A stretch of 64,000 nucleotides of DNA from Takakia lepidozioides (taxonomy: Eukaryota; Plantae; Bryophyta), in contig CM060732.1 of NCBI GenBank assembly GCA_030704615.1, positions 30,318,001 through 30,382,000 on the forward strand. The letters run 5' to 3'. The position numbers and the translations under genes are program-made. The notes beneath the pieces were generated by a model. The model saw nothing but the letters and a program-made list of their open reading frames with translations. It ran no database searches and was not told where the DNA came from. This document shows, piece by piece, positions 24,945 through 39,384 of the stretch (within the stretch, counting starts at the first letter, position 1; each line of letters begins with the position of its first letter).

Positions 24945-26645
24945 CGAAAGGGTGAACCCAACCACATCACATTTGTTTGTGTTTACAATGCGTGTGCAAG
25001 CCGAGGAGCTCTGGAAAAGGGGAAAGAGGTCCATGGTGACATCGTCAAAGCTGGAATTGTACCAGATGTCATTCTGCAAACTGCTCTGGTGGACATGCAT
25101 GCCAAATGTGGGTGCATTAAGGATGTGAAGGGAGTTTTCAACACTATGGCTGAACGAGATGTGGTGCCATTGGACGCGATGCTTGTAGGGTATGCACGGC
25201 AAGAACGTGGTATGGAGGCTTTGGAGACTTATGAACAAATGATGGGAGAAGGGGTAAAGCCCGACCACATCACGTTGGGTGCGTTTGCAAGCCTGGCAGC
25301 TCTGGAAAGGGGTAAAGAGGTCCATGGCGACATCTTCAGAGCTGGAATTGTACCAGCTGTCATTCTGAACAATACCCTGGTGGACATATTTGCAAAATGT
25401 GGGTGCATCTAGGATGCAAAGGGAGTGTTCGACACTATGGCTAAATGAGGTGTGGTGTCATGGAGTACGGTGCTTGCAGGGTATGCACAGCAGGGACATG
25501 GGATGGAGGCTTTGGAGACCTATGAGCAAATGATGTGCGACGGGGTGAAGCCCAACCACATCACGTTTGTGTGCGTGTGCAAGCCTGGCAGCCCTGGAAA
25601 AGGGCGAAGAGGTGCATGGCGATATCGTCAGAGCTGGAATTGTACCAGATGTGATCCTGAACTCTACCCTGGTGGATATGTATGCCAAATGTGGGTGCAT
25701 GGAGGATGCAAAGGGAGTGTTCGTCAATATGGCTGAATGAGATGTGGTGTTGTGGAATGCAATGGTCGTAGGATATGCACAACATGGTTGTCATAGGGAG
25801 GTCCTGCAACTATTTGAAGGAATGCAAAAGAACGGCTTGAAGCAGTATGTGTTCTCTCTGCATGCAGCCACACTGGCCTTCTGAATGAAGGTAGACGCTA
25901 CTTCGATTCCTTGATTCAAGATCATGGTGTCACTCCGACAGTATAACACTTTGGCTGCATGGTGGACCTTCTTGGACGTGCGGGACAACTGGTTGAGGCA
26001 GTGGACCTGATTAATAAAATGCCAATCAATCCAGATGTTGTGGTGTGGAAGGCCTTGTTTAGTGCCTGTAGAATCCATGACAATGTAGAGATGGCTCAAT
26101 GTGCGGCAACATCTATCCTCAAGTGGAATGAACAGGATGCCGCAACTTATGTTGCTATCAAACATCTATGCTGCAGCTGGCAGGTGGGTTGATACTGTAA
26201 AGGTGAGAAGAATGATGAAGGTCAGAGGGGTTGAAAAGGAGCCAGGTCGCTGCTGCATTGAGATTTGCAACAGGGTGCACACATTCGTTGTAGATGACAA
26301 GTTGCATCCCAGAATTAAGGAAATCCATGCTGACTTGAGAAGATTGTCTGGGATGATGAAGGAGGTGGGGTATGTGCCTGACAGGCGCTTTGTATTGCAT
26401 GATGTGGGGAGGAGGAAAAAAAAAATTCTCTTTGCCACCACAGTGAGAAGCTGGCCATTGGTTTTGGGCTGATCAGCATGACCCCTAGGACGCCTCTCCG
26501 TCTCATCAAGAATCTTCGAGTGTGTGGTGACTGCCACACCTCCACCAAATTCATCTCAAAGATTGTTGGCCGAGCAATTGTTGTATGGGACGCTAACCGC
26601 TCTCACCACTTTGAAAATGGGATTTGTTCTTGTGAAGATTACTGG
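24945..26645 (+). pseudogene. PLS-E-DYW (PG-box, C-to-U deaminase type) PPR pseudogene, 5'-truncated
   Basis: PLS repeats with stops and frameshifts; KEPGRCCIEI (PG box), [23 protein letters not shown]. No stop directly after DYW. Confidence 0.92.
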
Positions 26646-27040
26646 TTTCGGATGTCTTCTTGGAAAGATGCTTCATTCATTGATCTGTGACTTAGCTACT
26701 GACACCATCCACCATTTCCCAAAAGTATTGACCATGATGTACTGTTGAGTGCATTTCCTGTGCCATAAATCCACATGAATAGATAGTGTGGTCAAACTGC
26801 TGGCCAAAGCACCAGAGGAGACAGAATCGAACGACGACAACTGGAGCAAAAGCATAGCTTGGTAGAGCTTAAATTAGACACTTCTAAACCTTCCATGTAA
26901 GGGCCACCATATTTTATAAAGACCGTCCTCCTTGATCTCCTCTTCAAAAAGTCTACATTTTGTCCCAATGCAAGCTCACAATGGATAATAATAAAAAAAT
27001 ACTGATTTATCATAGTCCAAATCTACTTGTTGTACCAAAA

Positions 27041-27330
27041 CGACCCATGGAAAACCCCTCCAACTCCCGTTCCCCCCCCCCCCCCCCCCCCAAATCAGAA
27101 CTGCGTGACCGACATTTTGGCACGTTGCATGATCCGTATTCTCTCTCATGATCCTCGAGTATGGCCATCCGTCCGGAAGTCATAATAATATTGACGACCA
27201 ATGGAAAACCCCTCCAACTCCCTCCTCCCCCCACGAATCGGATCCGTACTCTCTCTCATGATCCCCGAGTATAGCCCATCCGTCCGGACGTCCTTCTCAG
27301 AAGTCGTCGCTAGTAGTGCGGAGCAACGCG
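27041..27330. repeat. ~150-bp tandem duplication ending in ...GCGAAGCCCTAG|T (possible Helitron-like 3' end)
   Basis: GACC.ATGGAAAACCCCTCCAACTCCC...GATCCGTA.TCTCTCTCATGATCC.CGAGTAT..CCATCCGTCCGGA occurs twice; CTAG-T terminus. Confidence 0.45.
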
Positions 27331-27414
27331 AAGCCCTAGTTTGTAAGATATTGCATAATATTTTGGTGTTAATTTCCAATGCAAGATGGAAGAGGTTTGA
27401 GATTATAAAAAAAG

Positions 27415-27642
27415 CACATCAGCTGGTAGCTCAGCTGGTAAGTGCACACTGTGTGTCACTTAGGTGGTTCAGGGTTCGAACCCGCTGCCCTGCCCCGCGT
27501 GTGGGATTGTTGTGTCTGGGCGTTGATCATACCGTAGGTCTCATGGCCCATAAATGAAAGGGGGTTAATCTTTCCCCCTTCTCAAGAGCCTGAATTGTGG
27601 GCTGTCACTCCCAGATTTCCTTAAATAAATAAATAAATAAAA
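27415..27642 (+). mobile_element. tRNA-derived SINE
   Basis: A-box TAGCTCAGCTGG and B-box GGTTCGAACCC at pol III spacing, no valid cloverleaf, (TAAA)n tail. Confidence 0.6.
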
Positions 27643-29881
27643 ACCCCTCAAGGACCTAAATTGTGGGCTATCAGGTTTCCTTTTATATATATTTATATTT
27701 ATATATGTGAGATCTGAAGAGGTATTGTTTGGATTATATGACATTTAAGGAATGATATATATGTAACATTTGTTTTAGCTGTGATTGGAGCTTTCTTATA
27801 GCTCAAGGCTCCCTAACAACACAACAAAAAGAGAAAAGACCTAGCACATAAAGGCTATGAAGGCACATAAGTGCCCTTATATACCCTGATTAGATATACC
27901 CTTCATTTTAACATATACCCTTCAGGAAAATAGGGTATATTGAGGGTCTTGATGCAGGGTAAATATAAGAATAAGGGTATATCATAAAAATATACCCTGA
28001 TATAAGGGTATACATCCGGGTACCTAAACTTGCCACACCAGGGGATACATATATCAATATACCCTGATATACCCCGTGGGTAGATCAGCCCGATGGGTAT
28101 ATCAGGGTAATTCATATACCCGCCCAATACTGGTTACTACCGCTATATATATACTTCTGGAGGTGTCGGCTGGGGTCTCACAAACAGCCCAAGTCCTTTT
28201 TGGTGAACTACCGTCGTGAACCTCAACTCCTTGTGATGAGTAGCGATGATGAGTGTTGGCCCACCCATCGTGGTGAGCCCCATGACTCCCCACAACTCCT
28301 ACCAAAAGGCCTCAGCCCCACTATGACTCATATATCACCCCCACTATGACTTCCTCAACGACGATTATCCCACTCGGAGTCCCCATCGCAACCCAGTTTG
28401 CTGGGCTCTAAAACAGAAACAGCTCATTTCCGGCCTTGCGTGCATTTAGGGGTTATGCTTCTTGAACAATAAGGAAAATTTGGTGGGTTCTCCAAATGTG
28501 CCACTAAATACATATGGCTAGAGGATTGCGTTGGAATCTAGCCAGAAACATATGTTATGGCTATTTCTGTTTTGTAAAAGTTGTTTTTGGCAGTCTTTGC
28601 CATAGTTGGGCATGGCTACAAGACTGCTATTGCAGGATGGGAAAAGATGCAGAATGACAGAAATAACCAGCCAAATTGTTGAGAAGCTTCATATTTGCTT
28701 GCCTCAAGCATGGGGTGGAATCCGTAACCGTCTTCCCCATTCACCATGCCCTTTGAAAAACACCTCCGCTAATGTTTTTTTCCGTGCGAAAATTCACTGC
28801 CACTGTCCCCTGTTCATTTAAAAAACGAAAAAAAATTCAGGTAATACAAGCCAGTGTTTGCCAGATTTCGACCTGGAAAATGGGTCGGCTACTTTTCTAA
28901 AGGAGTTTTGGGAGTAAAAATCGAAAAATTCGCCCGAAAGCGCCAACGGTTAAATATCAGGAGCCAGAATAATCCTACATGGACCTGTTAAAATCTGACA
29001 CCTGTATACTGCCACTTTTCTCAGCCTGCCACCTCGTTATTGTCGCCACATGGGCACTGGATAGAATATACCTGTAGCCTTTGTGGCGATCTTGGAAAAG
29101 TGATAAAAAAAACACTGCTATTACAAGCGATTTCATTATTCGTGAGTGGCCAAGGTAAAATACTATAATCTCGGAGATATGGTGGGTCGGGCCCAGTTTT
29201 CCGTTCCCGTGGATGTCCAACCCTAGGCTGGGCAGGGCAGGTTCGTCTGGATCAGTGCCGAACCTGCAAGGGCGCCTTCTTCCCAAAGCGCTCACCTTTC
29301 TGTTTCCATTATTTTTTCTATTTCAATATATTCACGGTTTAATTAGCATTTCTTCCAAAAACAAAGAAGAAGAAAAGGTCGACCTTTCAACAACGTGTCG
29401 AGAAATAATAGAAAAGCGAAACGGTGAGACAAGTTTAGGGTCCATCAACTTCGGAAGGGTAGACTTAATTAACTGAACTGATAAGTTAATTAGGACAAAG
29501 TCGAGAAAAGGTTGGGTGGGTAGGCACATTTATAGACGGGGGACTGTCGTAGGCGGGAATGATGAGCGTTGAGCGATAATGCAGCACATTATTGTGGGGG
29601 CCACCTAGTCGTAAATATGACTAGCCTGTTATTTAGCAGCTCTTTAGTCAATTATAGCGAAGAGCCCATTTTGGGAGGAGGGCGTTGGTTGTGGTCGAGG
29701 GGAAGCCCAGGGAGGACAGTAGGTGTCGCTAGTACCTGACAGTGTCGTTGGAAAAGCTGGAGTGGTGGTAAAGTGGTAAGCAGCAGTGCATGTGTTTTCT
29801 GAGATGGGTTTATGGTGATGGAGAGTACTAGCCAAAGGATAAGCCCTTGCTCCGGAGCCACACTGCATCCAACAGAAGGTT

Positions 29882-32800
29882 ATGGCGGCTGGGGCCATGA
29901 ACGGAATTGCAAAGGAAAACGGGAAGGGGAGTGAGGGAGGAGGGTGTGCAGATGGGTCTGAATTTCAAGCCCCCAACAATCCGCTCAGGAGAGGTCCACC
30001 CGATGTGTCTCACCGGTTCACGCCTGCACAGATGGAGGCCCTCGCTGCAGTGTGTGACACGCTGCTGCCTTCTCTCCTCCCGCCCGATTCAGCTCAAGAT
30101 ATAGACCCGAGCTCAATTGCGGCGGGTGCGTCATTGGGAAGTGGCTCCTTGGACCATGCATTCTATCGATTATCAGCTTCGGACGCGGGCGTCCCCGCTG
30201 AGGTAACTTCGAAATTGACATGTAGAGTTGCTTATTGCTAATTCGTGGAAGGAATCAACTCTAAATGAGTTTACCATTTCCATGAAGTAAGCGTCTTTTC
30301 GAAGCTGGAAATTTGAGTGTTGCAAAAGGATTTTGACTGAGTCGAGGTTCAGGCATGGTTTAAGGATTTTCCTGAGTTGATCGGTGTAAGTTCTTCAAAT
30401 ATATACCTGCTTGCTATCTCTGCGTGGGTGTACAGGTCCAATTCCCAAAATCCATTTTTGTACATTCAGAATACTATCGAAGTACATGCTACAAATGAAC
30501 TACGCAGTGCAGTGAAGGGCGTGGCTGAAATTTGGATTGGTTGGTTTAGTGTGTATTACCGCCCATCCAAGTGGTTTAAAGTACCAATTTGGTATCCTCT
30601 CGCGCAGACCCATCAGAGCAAGAGTTGATCCTGTTCAGTGGGTACAGCTCTAGTGAGTCAAGTGATATAGGCAGAAACAACTAAAGGTAGGGAAAGAGAT
30701 CGGTAGTTCTTTTAGCCACTTTTGATTGCTAAGATTTGATGCAGTCCCAGAGTTCTTATGTTTCATGGCCCTGCAGTTTGCAAAATTGGGGAATGAGTCT
30801 TGGTTCTTTAGCAGGATGGAGATTCTTGTCTGATGAGGACATAGCACTTCCAAATTCGTTCGAATTTCAGAAGACTACATTGGTTGTTGTCAGAAGCAAA
30901 TAGTAGCCAGTAATACAATGAACTCCAACCAGCACAAAAGCCTATCGAAGTTAACGGATTCCAGTATAGCAATTACTATATTTTAAGTAGAAGTTCCACA
31001 CTGCTTTTTAAGTATTGCAGACTCGAAAGATTGAAGAACTAGGGACTTGTATGTAAGCATTGTTGAGGTTGTATTCTGGGGGGTTGGTGGGGAGGCACAC
31101 AGCTTGCAGGGCAAATGATTGGTCTTTTGAAGCCTGCCCGGCTGCTGATAGTCACATGGGCTCTATGGCTTCTTTCAACCCGGCTGGGCACGTTCTTACT
31201 GTGTGGGCGGGCAAGTTTGAGTTGGAGGTATCCCTTCCTCCATCGGTTTGTGGATCTCTCCTTGGTGGATCGAGAAAGGATTTTGCTGGGATGGTCATGG
31301 AGCAATCTTCTTCTCTTCCAAGCCATTTTCAAAATTTTCAAAGTTACTTGTCTTTTTGTATATTTCACCAAGGTGGGTTCTTCCACTGAAAGGCTAATGA
31401 CCTAATCTCCTACCATAAACTGTCTGCTATGTCTTCCTTCTTTCCCACACAACCCCTCAATTCTTCTCTCTTTCCTGCATATTAGGAAACTGATGAGACA
31501 TACTTGCGGAGTCCTCATCCTAGCAGAGTCCTCATCCAGCTTTGAAGATCAGAAGTGCCACATGGCCTATCTGCTTGAGGCACTTCGTCAGTTGGTGTAT
31601 GTTGAAGTACTTAACATTGACTGTGTAGAAGTTGTAGCAAATATGGCTGACTTTTGTATCCTGGTGGGTTATCCCCGTTACCTGTTCTGGAGCCTAAAGC
31701 CCAGAAAGGTATGTCGTATCAGACCTTCACATGGAACAGAAAATGTAATATATCTCCCTATGTCCATCCTTGCTATCTTGTTTCCTGAGGTCTCATTCCT
31801 TACTCCTCAAGTCTGTCAAACATCCACATCTGCTTGAATTCATCCTGCTCTCGCTTTTCCTGACATCTTTTAACAAGAATCTGTCCTGTACGTTTCAGGT
31901 AGATGGGAAAGGGTCAAATCCAGTCTGGAGTGGCATAGGCTACTGTGGCCCAGACCCAAATTTGACTACTTGTACTTCCAGCAAAGTAAATCTCAATGGG
32001 GAGTCGGCTACTCTCCATGATGCATCCCACAGGCCTCTTGGAAACAAAGTCATTGATGCAAAGGTTGCAGGGTTGAGTGCACTAAAAACTTTTCTCAAAG
32101 ACGCAGGCTATTCTATCCTACTTGACACTTCCTACCTACGGGGACTCTCTAAGGGGCTGCAGGAGACCTCCAAGAAGGAAAGGAAAAGGTCCCCTGGGAA
32201 AGGAATAAATACACATCCCGAGAAGGATTGCAAAGGGAAAGACATAGGTGTCCAATGTGATGTTGTGATTGTAGGTTCTGGCGCTGGGGGTGGGGTAATG
32301 GCAGCAGTCCTTGCTAAAGCAGGGTACAGCGTGATAGTCCTAGAAAAGGGGAGGTACTTTGCACGAGATGATTTTGCAGTTCTGGAAGGACCTGCATTGC
32401 GGGAGATGTATGAAAATTCCGTATGTATCCTTTTCCCTGCAGGTTGGTAGTCTAGTCTAGTCTAGTCTTATCTCGTCTCGTGTCTCATCATTTTGCAAAG
32501 AAGATTGTTTGCAGCTCACCTTTGGGTGATCATGTGAGGGAGGTAAATTTGCATTCCTGTCTGTTTTCTGTCATGATGCATGGTTTCGGGCCGTTGATGA
32601 ATGTAGGCTTTATGCCCATAAGGCTGAAAACAAGGAAAGTGGAATGACTGCATCTTGTCTATCAATGCAGGGTGGTCTTGCGACCGAAGATGGAGGAGTA
32701 AACCTCATGGTAGGGACAACTGTTGGAGGTGGGACAACCATCAATTGGTCAGCATCATTTAAGACTCCACCTCACGTAAGGCATGAATGGGCAGAGGAGC

Positions 32801-34407
32801 ATGAGCTCTCTCTTTTTGTCAGTGAGGAGTACAACCAGGTAAATCACTATGGCATCTTCTGGTGGGGTGTGGGAAGAACAAGGCTAGTTAGTATCTCAGG
32901 ATTGAGCAAGCCCTAGGATACCAGATTTGAAGGTTGCACAAGTAGGTGGCTGAGTCAGTTGGTTCTGAACTGGATTATCTCTAGAGTGTGGCCATTGACT
33001 GAAAAGTGATACATTGGTATCTCTGATAGGCAATGGAAACAGTGTGTGAGCGCCTGGGGGTCCAGAGTGCAACAGTGGAAGAGAGTTTTGCAAATTCGGT
33101 GCTTCGGAAAGGGTGTGTCAAGTTGGGATATCCAGTGGGGTATGTTCCTCGCAATGCAGGGCCAGACCATAATTGTGGATGGTGTGGCTTCGGTTGCCCA
33201 AAAGCACAGAAAAAGAGTACTGCAGAGACTTGGCTGGTTGATGCTGTCGAAACAAACAGGGTAGTGGTAGTCACTAGTTCTAGAGCCACGGAGGTTCTAC
33301 ATATCCAGCATCCAGGAGCTCAAAATTGTAAACCTCGTAAGGCACAAGGAGTGGTGGCTTTGGTTGGTGATGGACCTGACAGACTCTTTATCAAGGCTCG
33401 TGCAACTGTGGTGGCTTCTGGAACTATAAATACCCCTCCTTTGCTGAAGAAGAGTGGGCTGAAAAATCCCAATATTGGAAGAAACCTTCACCTTCATCCT
33501 GTGCAAATGATCTGGGGCTATTTTCCAGAAGGCTCAGGCCCTGCTGGAACGTCATACACAGGCGATGTCATGACATCATATTCAGAGATTGCTGCAAAGT
33601 GGGATTCCTCCTGCTATGGAACTCTTCTATTTGTCCCTTGTCTGCACCCGGGCTCATTTGCAGCTCAAATGCCTTGGCTTTCGGGGGCAGATTTTAAGGC
33701 AAGGATGCAGAGGTACTCACGCACTGCGCATCTGATCACTCTCACTCGTGACAAAGGCGGTGGAAAGGTTTGAGTTGCTTTCTCTTCCCACCTTTATATA
33801 CCTTCCCCCCCACATCGCCTAATTGTTATCTTGTCTATATTAGCTTGGCAATGCTTGATACCTCTGACTCTGACTCTTCCTTCAATCTGAGATTTTGGAT
33901 TTGCTTATGTAAACATCTCATGCTCCATGTCAATGCTACACCTAGGTGGAAGCTGCCAAGAATGGTGATGCAAAGCTCTTCTACTCCGTATCCCAGCATG
34001 ACGAAGAAAGCTTGCTGGATGGATCTGAGCAGGCCTTAAAGGTACTCATTGCAGCAGGGGCAGCTGAAGTGGGGACACACCACTGTGAGGGAACGAGGTT
34101 TAAGGTTGACGGTGCGGCCCCAGGGGAATTTGAGGCATTTTTGAAACAGGTTCGATCACAAGGAGTGAAGAGGATGAAGATCCCCCTCTGTTCAGCACAC
34201 CAGATGGGTAGTTGCCGAATGGGGCCTGACCCAAGGATCTCAGCAGTGGATCCCCAGGGGGAGACGTGGGAGGTTGAGGGTCTATTTGTTGGAGATACAA
34301 GTGTCTTCCCAACAGCATTAGGCATCAACCCAATGATAACTGTTCAGTCCATCAGTTATTGCACTGCCCAACATTTGACTCAATATTTGAGGAAATCAAC
34401 CCTGTGA
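29882..34407 (+). CDS. FAO: Long-chain fatty alcohol oxidase (GMC oxidoreductase), about 826 aa; exons 29882-30202, 31103-31372, 31899-32420, 32671-32838, 33030-33767, 33946-34407
   Basis: GT-AG phase-0 introns keep one open frame. [13 protein letters not shown] (FAD binding), [62 protein letters not shown]. Confidence 0.95.
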
Positions 34408-35210
34408 CAGTGTTCATCTAACATTTCAATTGGAAAGCTTCTGATCAAGGATCTTTGAGGATGTGCAAGGATGTGAGATCAGGTAGTGTTAGTATAAGGT
34501 GTGGGCTGCTTGCACTAGCAAGAGTCACGAACTCATTCTTTCATTGAAGTTGATTTAATTCCAAAGTTGAAGTACTCAAGACCACCTAGACATGCAATCA
34601 CCAAGCAAAATTGCAAGACGTGTCACCTTGAGGGTAACTTCAGCGACTTTGGATGCAGCGATACTGTCCCATGTACAGATGTAATTGTTACAAGCATAAA
34701 TATCCGATCCCTTCTCGGGTAATCCTGCTGTTTGCTTGGTGGATCTGCCTGAGGTCCAAGAACATATACTGACTATTGTTGATCAGTGACCTGTCCAGAC
34801 AAGTCCTGACATCTGCATGTTTTCTTTTCGTCTGACATCCTTCTCTGAAAGGGATTCAAGTGGCTATGGGCTCAATGAAACTTGCTGTACGAAAAAGTAG
34901 CGCTTGTCCAAGGCTTGTTCCATTGAATATGTATAATAAAAGTCGTTGATCTTACAATGAGTTACCACAACGATCCTGTGCAGATGCAACAGATTTGATT
35001 CATGTCTAAGATTTTCTATATAACAAGTTGGACACGCTTCTTGAAATCATGAGCATAGACTGTCGTTGAATCTATCCATGTTCAAAGAAGGATTCTTTAC
35101 TGATAAGAGTGAATTTAAGCGGGTGTTGGTACTTGGTGAGCAGGTGAGCGGACCAAAATTTTGGTGAGCATAAAAATCAAAATTGAATATTCTGTGAGCA
35201 CAATTCAAGA

Positions 35211-35745
35211 TTTTTTTTATTTTTTTTATTTTTTTCCGAGAACAGGGGAGCCCTGAAAAATAACCTCAGGAAAAAACAACCATAAGGATGATAAAGGAGA
35301 CACTGCCCCCTGGCCAAATCTGAGAGAGGCTGCAGGAGACTAAGGATGAGTAGGTCCATAGCAGCGAGACAAGACTACAGAGGCTCATTGATTCTGCGTC
35401 CAGAGGATTCAAACGAGAGGTGGGCTTTGGATTTGCCCTTTCTGGAGGTTCTCTTATGCCTCCAATTCCTATCTGACCTGCTCCATAGATAGTTGGGCGC
35501 TAGTGGAGCTGCCAACATGGTGGGATGCTGTCGTTCCAGACAATCAATGAGTCTGATGTCCTTGTGCAGATGATGTTCCCTTTCCCCCAGGCGTTATCAA
35601 AGCCAGTGAAAAGTTGTTGTCTCCTTCGTTGCGCACATCGAGAAGTAGCTGCACAAAGGACATTCCATGCCTTTCTTGCTTCAGTCATTAAATCTGAATG
35701 GATCATGAAGAAAACCTTCTGAACACTGGGCTAAGACCCCCCCCA
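35211..35745 (-). mobile_element. L1-like LINE 3' end (same family as 8676-9850)
   Basis: IHSDLMTEARKAWNVLCAA...IPPCWQLH homologous to 8967-9182; T-rich tail on + at ~35211-35235. Confidence 0.7.
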
Positions 35746-36149
35746 ACACTAATGAACATCTGCTTTTCCATACATTCCAGAGCGAGTGCGCTCGAAGACC
35801 CGGCAATTAGACCAGATTGATCCTTCGTGAAGGTTGAGCAAGATTAACGAAGACGGCATGGGAATGGACGGGACCCAGGCCAAGTAAAACATTCTGATAC
35901 GGTTCCAGATGAAACCAAGGGGGGGGTGTTATTCCGTGAGCCCAGGAAACTGTGAGCCCAGCACAGGCTCACGCCACGTCAGCATGCATACAGGGCCTAT
36001 TTCCACGGGTGTCACCTATTATTGCGGGTTGATCAGCCATTTCCAGGGAATGCAGACTGGATGTGTTACATCCATTGTATCCATCCTTTCTATCCATTGC
36101 ATCCATGTAGACGTTATCAACATACCAAGCCCCTGCATTGGAATGTACC

Positions 36150-37735
36150 TACGTCGTGAGCAGGTGCACACTCACATCATCCAAAGCGGATCCCTGCGAA
36201 ATCTTTTCTTACTCACCACCCTTGCGAAAACGCGATGATCGCAGGATATGCAGGGGCGTGGGATGGAGGCTTTGTAGACCTTCCTACTCTTGAGCAAATG
36301 ATGCAGGAAGGAGAGGAGGAGGAGGAGAGGAGACGAGGAGAAGATCCCAACATTCTTGTGAGCTCGCCGTTTTTGGGAGAGAGACGAGACGAGGAGACGC
36401 TCGCCGTTCTTGGGAGAGTCAGCTTGGTCTTAGCAGGCCGTGTTTCAATCTCTGCCTGTTCAGCTGCACCGTGGTGGTTCGATCTCACATACCAATCCAA
36501 CATTACCTGACTACAGATACAAGCAGCACACATAAGGGGTCCTTTTGGGCTGATGGTCGGTCAAATCCTCTATGGGTCATGATACAAGGTAAAGGATAAT
36601 GTGGTGAGGATACCTTCTTTTTTGACCTATTTCAGCTTGTTTTGCTCTGTTTGGCAGCATGAAAGTATCCAAAAACGGGTAATAGAGATGAGGAGAAGCT
36701 TTGGAATGAACACTTTTCCGACCCCAGTCAATGGCGAGACAATGGAGACAAAAAGGTGAATGCATGTTGGACTACACTAGAGAGAAGTAGATGCAATTTA
36801 GAATTAGAACTACTGTAATAATTAGGGTTGGGGTTTGCTGGAAGAACTTCACGCCGTCAGTGTCAGCTGCTAGCAGCAAGTATTCATGATTTGTACACAG
36901 ACAGGGGTAGCTAAAGGACCAGGGATAGAGGTCCAGGTTCATCCAAGAGGGCCGGATTTCAAACACAAGATTAGTTCTGATTCCCCGTGGATCAATAGCT
37001 GAAATCTGCTAATGAGAAAATGGTCTGCTAATGAAAGCACGTTTTTCAACACATTTCACCCTGTTTTTCCCTCTTATCGGAATCGGCCCTAAATTTCCAT
37101 GTTGAATTCTGCAAGTTAGTTGGTTTAGTGAACCTGGGATAGTTTGGAGTGACTTTGATATGATATTGCCAATGTGACAACAGGAAAATATCCAAAAGAG
37201 GTAACAGAGATGAGGAGAAGCTTTGGAATGAATACTTTTCTGACCCCAGTCAATGGTGGGACAACCAAGGCAAAAATGTGAATACCTGTCAGATTACCAG
37301 ATGTCATTTTGAACACTGCCCCTGCCTTGGTGGACATGTATGTCAAATGTGGGTGCATCGAGGATGCAAAGGGAGTGTTCAACACTATGGCTAAACGAGA
37401 TGTGGCGTCATGGAGTGCGATGTTTGCAGGGTATGCACAACAGGGGCGTGGGATGGAGGCTTTGGAGACCTATGAGCAAATTATGAGGGAAGGGATATTG
37501 AAGCCCGACCACATAACGTGTGTATGTGTTTGCAATGCGTGTGCAAGCCTGGCAGCCCTGGAAAAGGGCAGAAGGTCTATGGTTGCATCGTCAAAGCTGC
37601 AAATGTACCAGATGTCATTTTGAACACTCCCCTGGTGGACAATATGTATGCCAAATGTAGGTGTAGCAAGGATGCAAAGGGAGTGTTCAACAACATGGCT
37701 GAACAAGATGTGGTGACTTGGAGTACCATGATGAC
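36150..37735 (+). pseudogene. Second cluster of scrambled PDF-PPR relics
   Basis: QVHTHIIQSG, PDYRYK, EEKLWNEHFSDPSQW, PRGPDFKHK and LVDMYVKCGCIEDAKGVF pieces with stops and frameshifts. Confidence 0.85.
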
Positions 37736-39384
37736 CACCTTCCCCGGTGACTCTCTCTCTCTCCCTCTCTCCAACTACTTGTTTGGGATTATCAATTTTT
37801 TTCCATAATACTTATTTTGGAAATACTATATATTTTTAATCCCAATTTTTAAGGTTTCATCCATACTGAATAAAATTTCTGTTATAACCATAACTGGATG
37901 ATTTATAGGCAGATATGCATTTCAATGCATTTTAGGTTTATGCTCCTTTGATTTAAACCTATTGAATGCCCATTTTTCATCCTGGTCTGATACCTTCCAT
38001 ACCGGATGGTGGATGAAATCGCGGGTGGTTTTCCTTTAAGTGTCTCTCTGCCCTAGACACAGCACGATATCGTGCGTGTTTTTTTCTCTGGAAGAGGGCG
38101 ATGGCGGACAAATGCTCGATGGCGGCTGAATGCCCGAGCAGCAAGATCCGAACGGGTGTGTTCTTGTTCTTTGAACGCGTGATGACGGCAGACACTTTCA
38201 TCTCCCGCGATGGCAAATGACATACTGTTACGTTTGCCTACGTTTTTTCCTCATTGATGAAGCAGCGGCGGTTATGGAGGTGGGGAAGCGGCCTGTATTA
38301 CAAGATACAACCTGTCCTCAACTCTCCTCCCGTTGCATTATGTTGTGCTCGTTCAAATTCAGATGATGAACACTGCAGCGTCCTACTCCACAAAAGATTG
38401 AGGTTCTTTGTGGTGTCACATCTATGCTTTCTTCTGCTGGTTCTGTGATCTTTGCATGCTTTATGGCTCATACCTGACATGGATAGCAACTGTGAAATCT
38501 TGTAATTCACCTCGCGCATCCTCACTAACGCACAAAACATTTTTTGTGTTTGTTTTTGGGACGGGCGCAGGTGAGGGATTTCACTTGGCATGAACTATTT
38601 GGCTTGCAGATGATCTGGTTACTGCAGGAGAGATAAGATATGCTGCAAGCTGCCGTTGTTGCAATTTTCTGCTTCAAAGTTGCTTCAAGGGGGATATGCC
38701 TTAAACCTTTACTTTGATTTCTGGTTCTTGGTAACCAAATCTGTTAAATCAGGGAAGTAAATGGGCTGGGCCTCCTAGAAATCAGACCTTATTGAAAAGG
38801 TTCGGGCTGGTTGTGATGACAAGGGTTTGGTGATGCAAGTGTGACATTGGATGCATTTTTCCAGACATGTTTTCTGGCCTTTTGGAGAGTCAGACAGTGC
38901 TGTTTATGCCTCACCAGTTTAGAATGTATTAAGTAAGGCATTGGGTAAACCTTTTTAAGAACACATACATTCATTCAGGCTCCCCCATGGAGATTATAAC
39001 CTGATTACAAACTGGTATTTTTGAGGATCCCTCTAAAACTTGGCAGAGTGACTGGATAAGGCCCTGGGATACATACCATAGCCCTGCATCTACTTATGGA
39101 AGTACAATCAGTTCAGCTTGTGCTTTTGGGAACATACAAGTCCTTTAAAGCTGTAATAGAGAATTGTTTTCATCAAAGCTCTCACTCTTAGGCCTGCTGG
39201 AATGGTTTTCTCAAAGACCTGTTGAGCTTACAACATACTTGTTTAAGCTATTTGAACCCAAGAATTACCAAGCTAGTATTTTTAAAGGGCTTTTTTTATT
39301 ACAAACTGTATTCTTAAGCTCCCCCTAGAGATTGGGAATGTGACATGGTAATGACTCTCTCTCTCTCTCTCTCTCTCCTCCTCT

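Larger units (their letters stand above)
20550..28132. mobile_element. hAT-type TIR-bounded 7.6-kb segment carrying PPR/PDF/DYW gene fragments (Pack-hAT-like)
   Basis: TIRs CAGTGTTGTGCGGGTATAT / (rc) CAGTATTGGGCGGGTATAT (17/19 identical). Perfect 8-bp TSD GTTACTAC at 20542-20549 and 28133-28140. Subterminal ATACCC/GGGTAT repeats at both ends. No transposase seen. Confidence 0.85.

Noticed and set aside
27420-27500. tRNA gene
   Set aside because: A and B boxes are present but there is no consistent acceptor or anticodon stem; treated as a SINE head. The lone B-box-like words at ~14342 and ~20233 are too weak to call.
37950-39350. Possible small host gene (splice-like signals, short ORFs)
   Set aside because: No recognisable protein motif or consistent exon chain.
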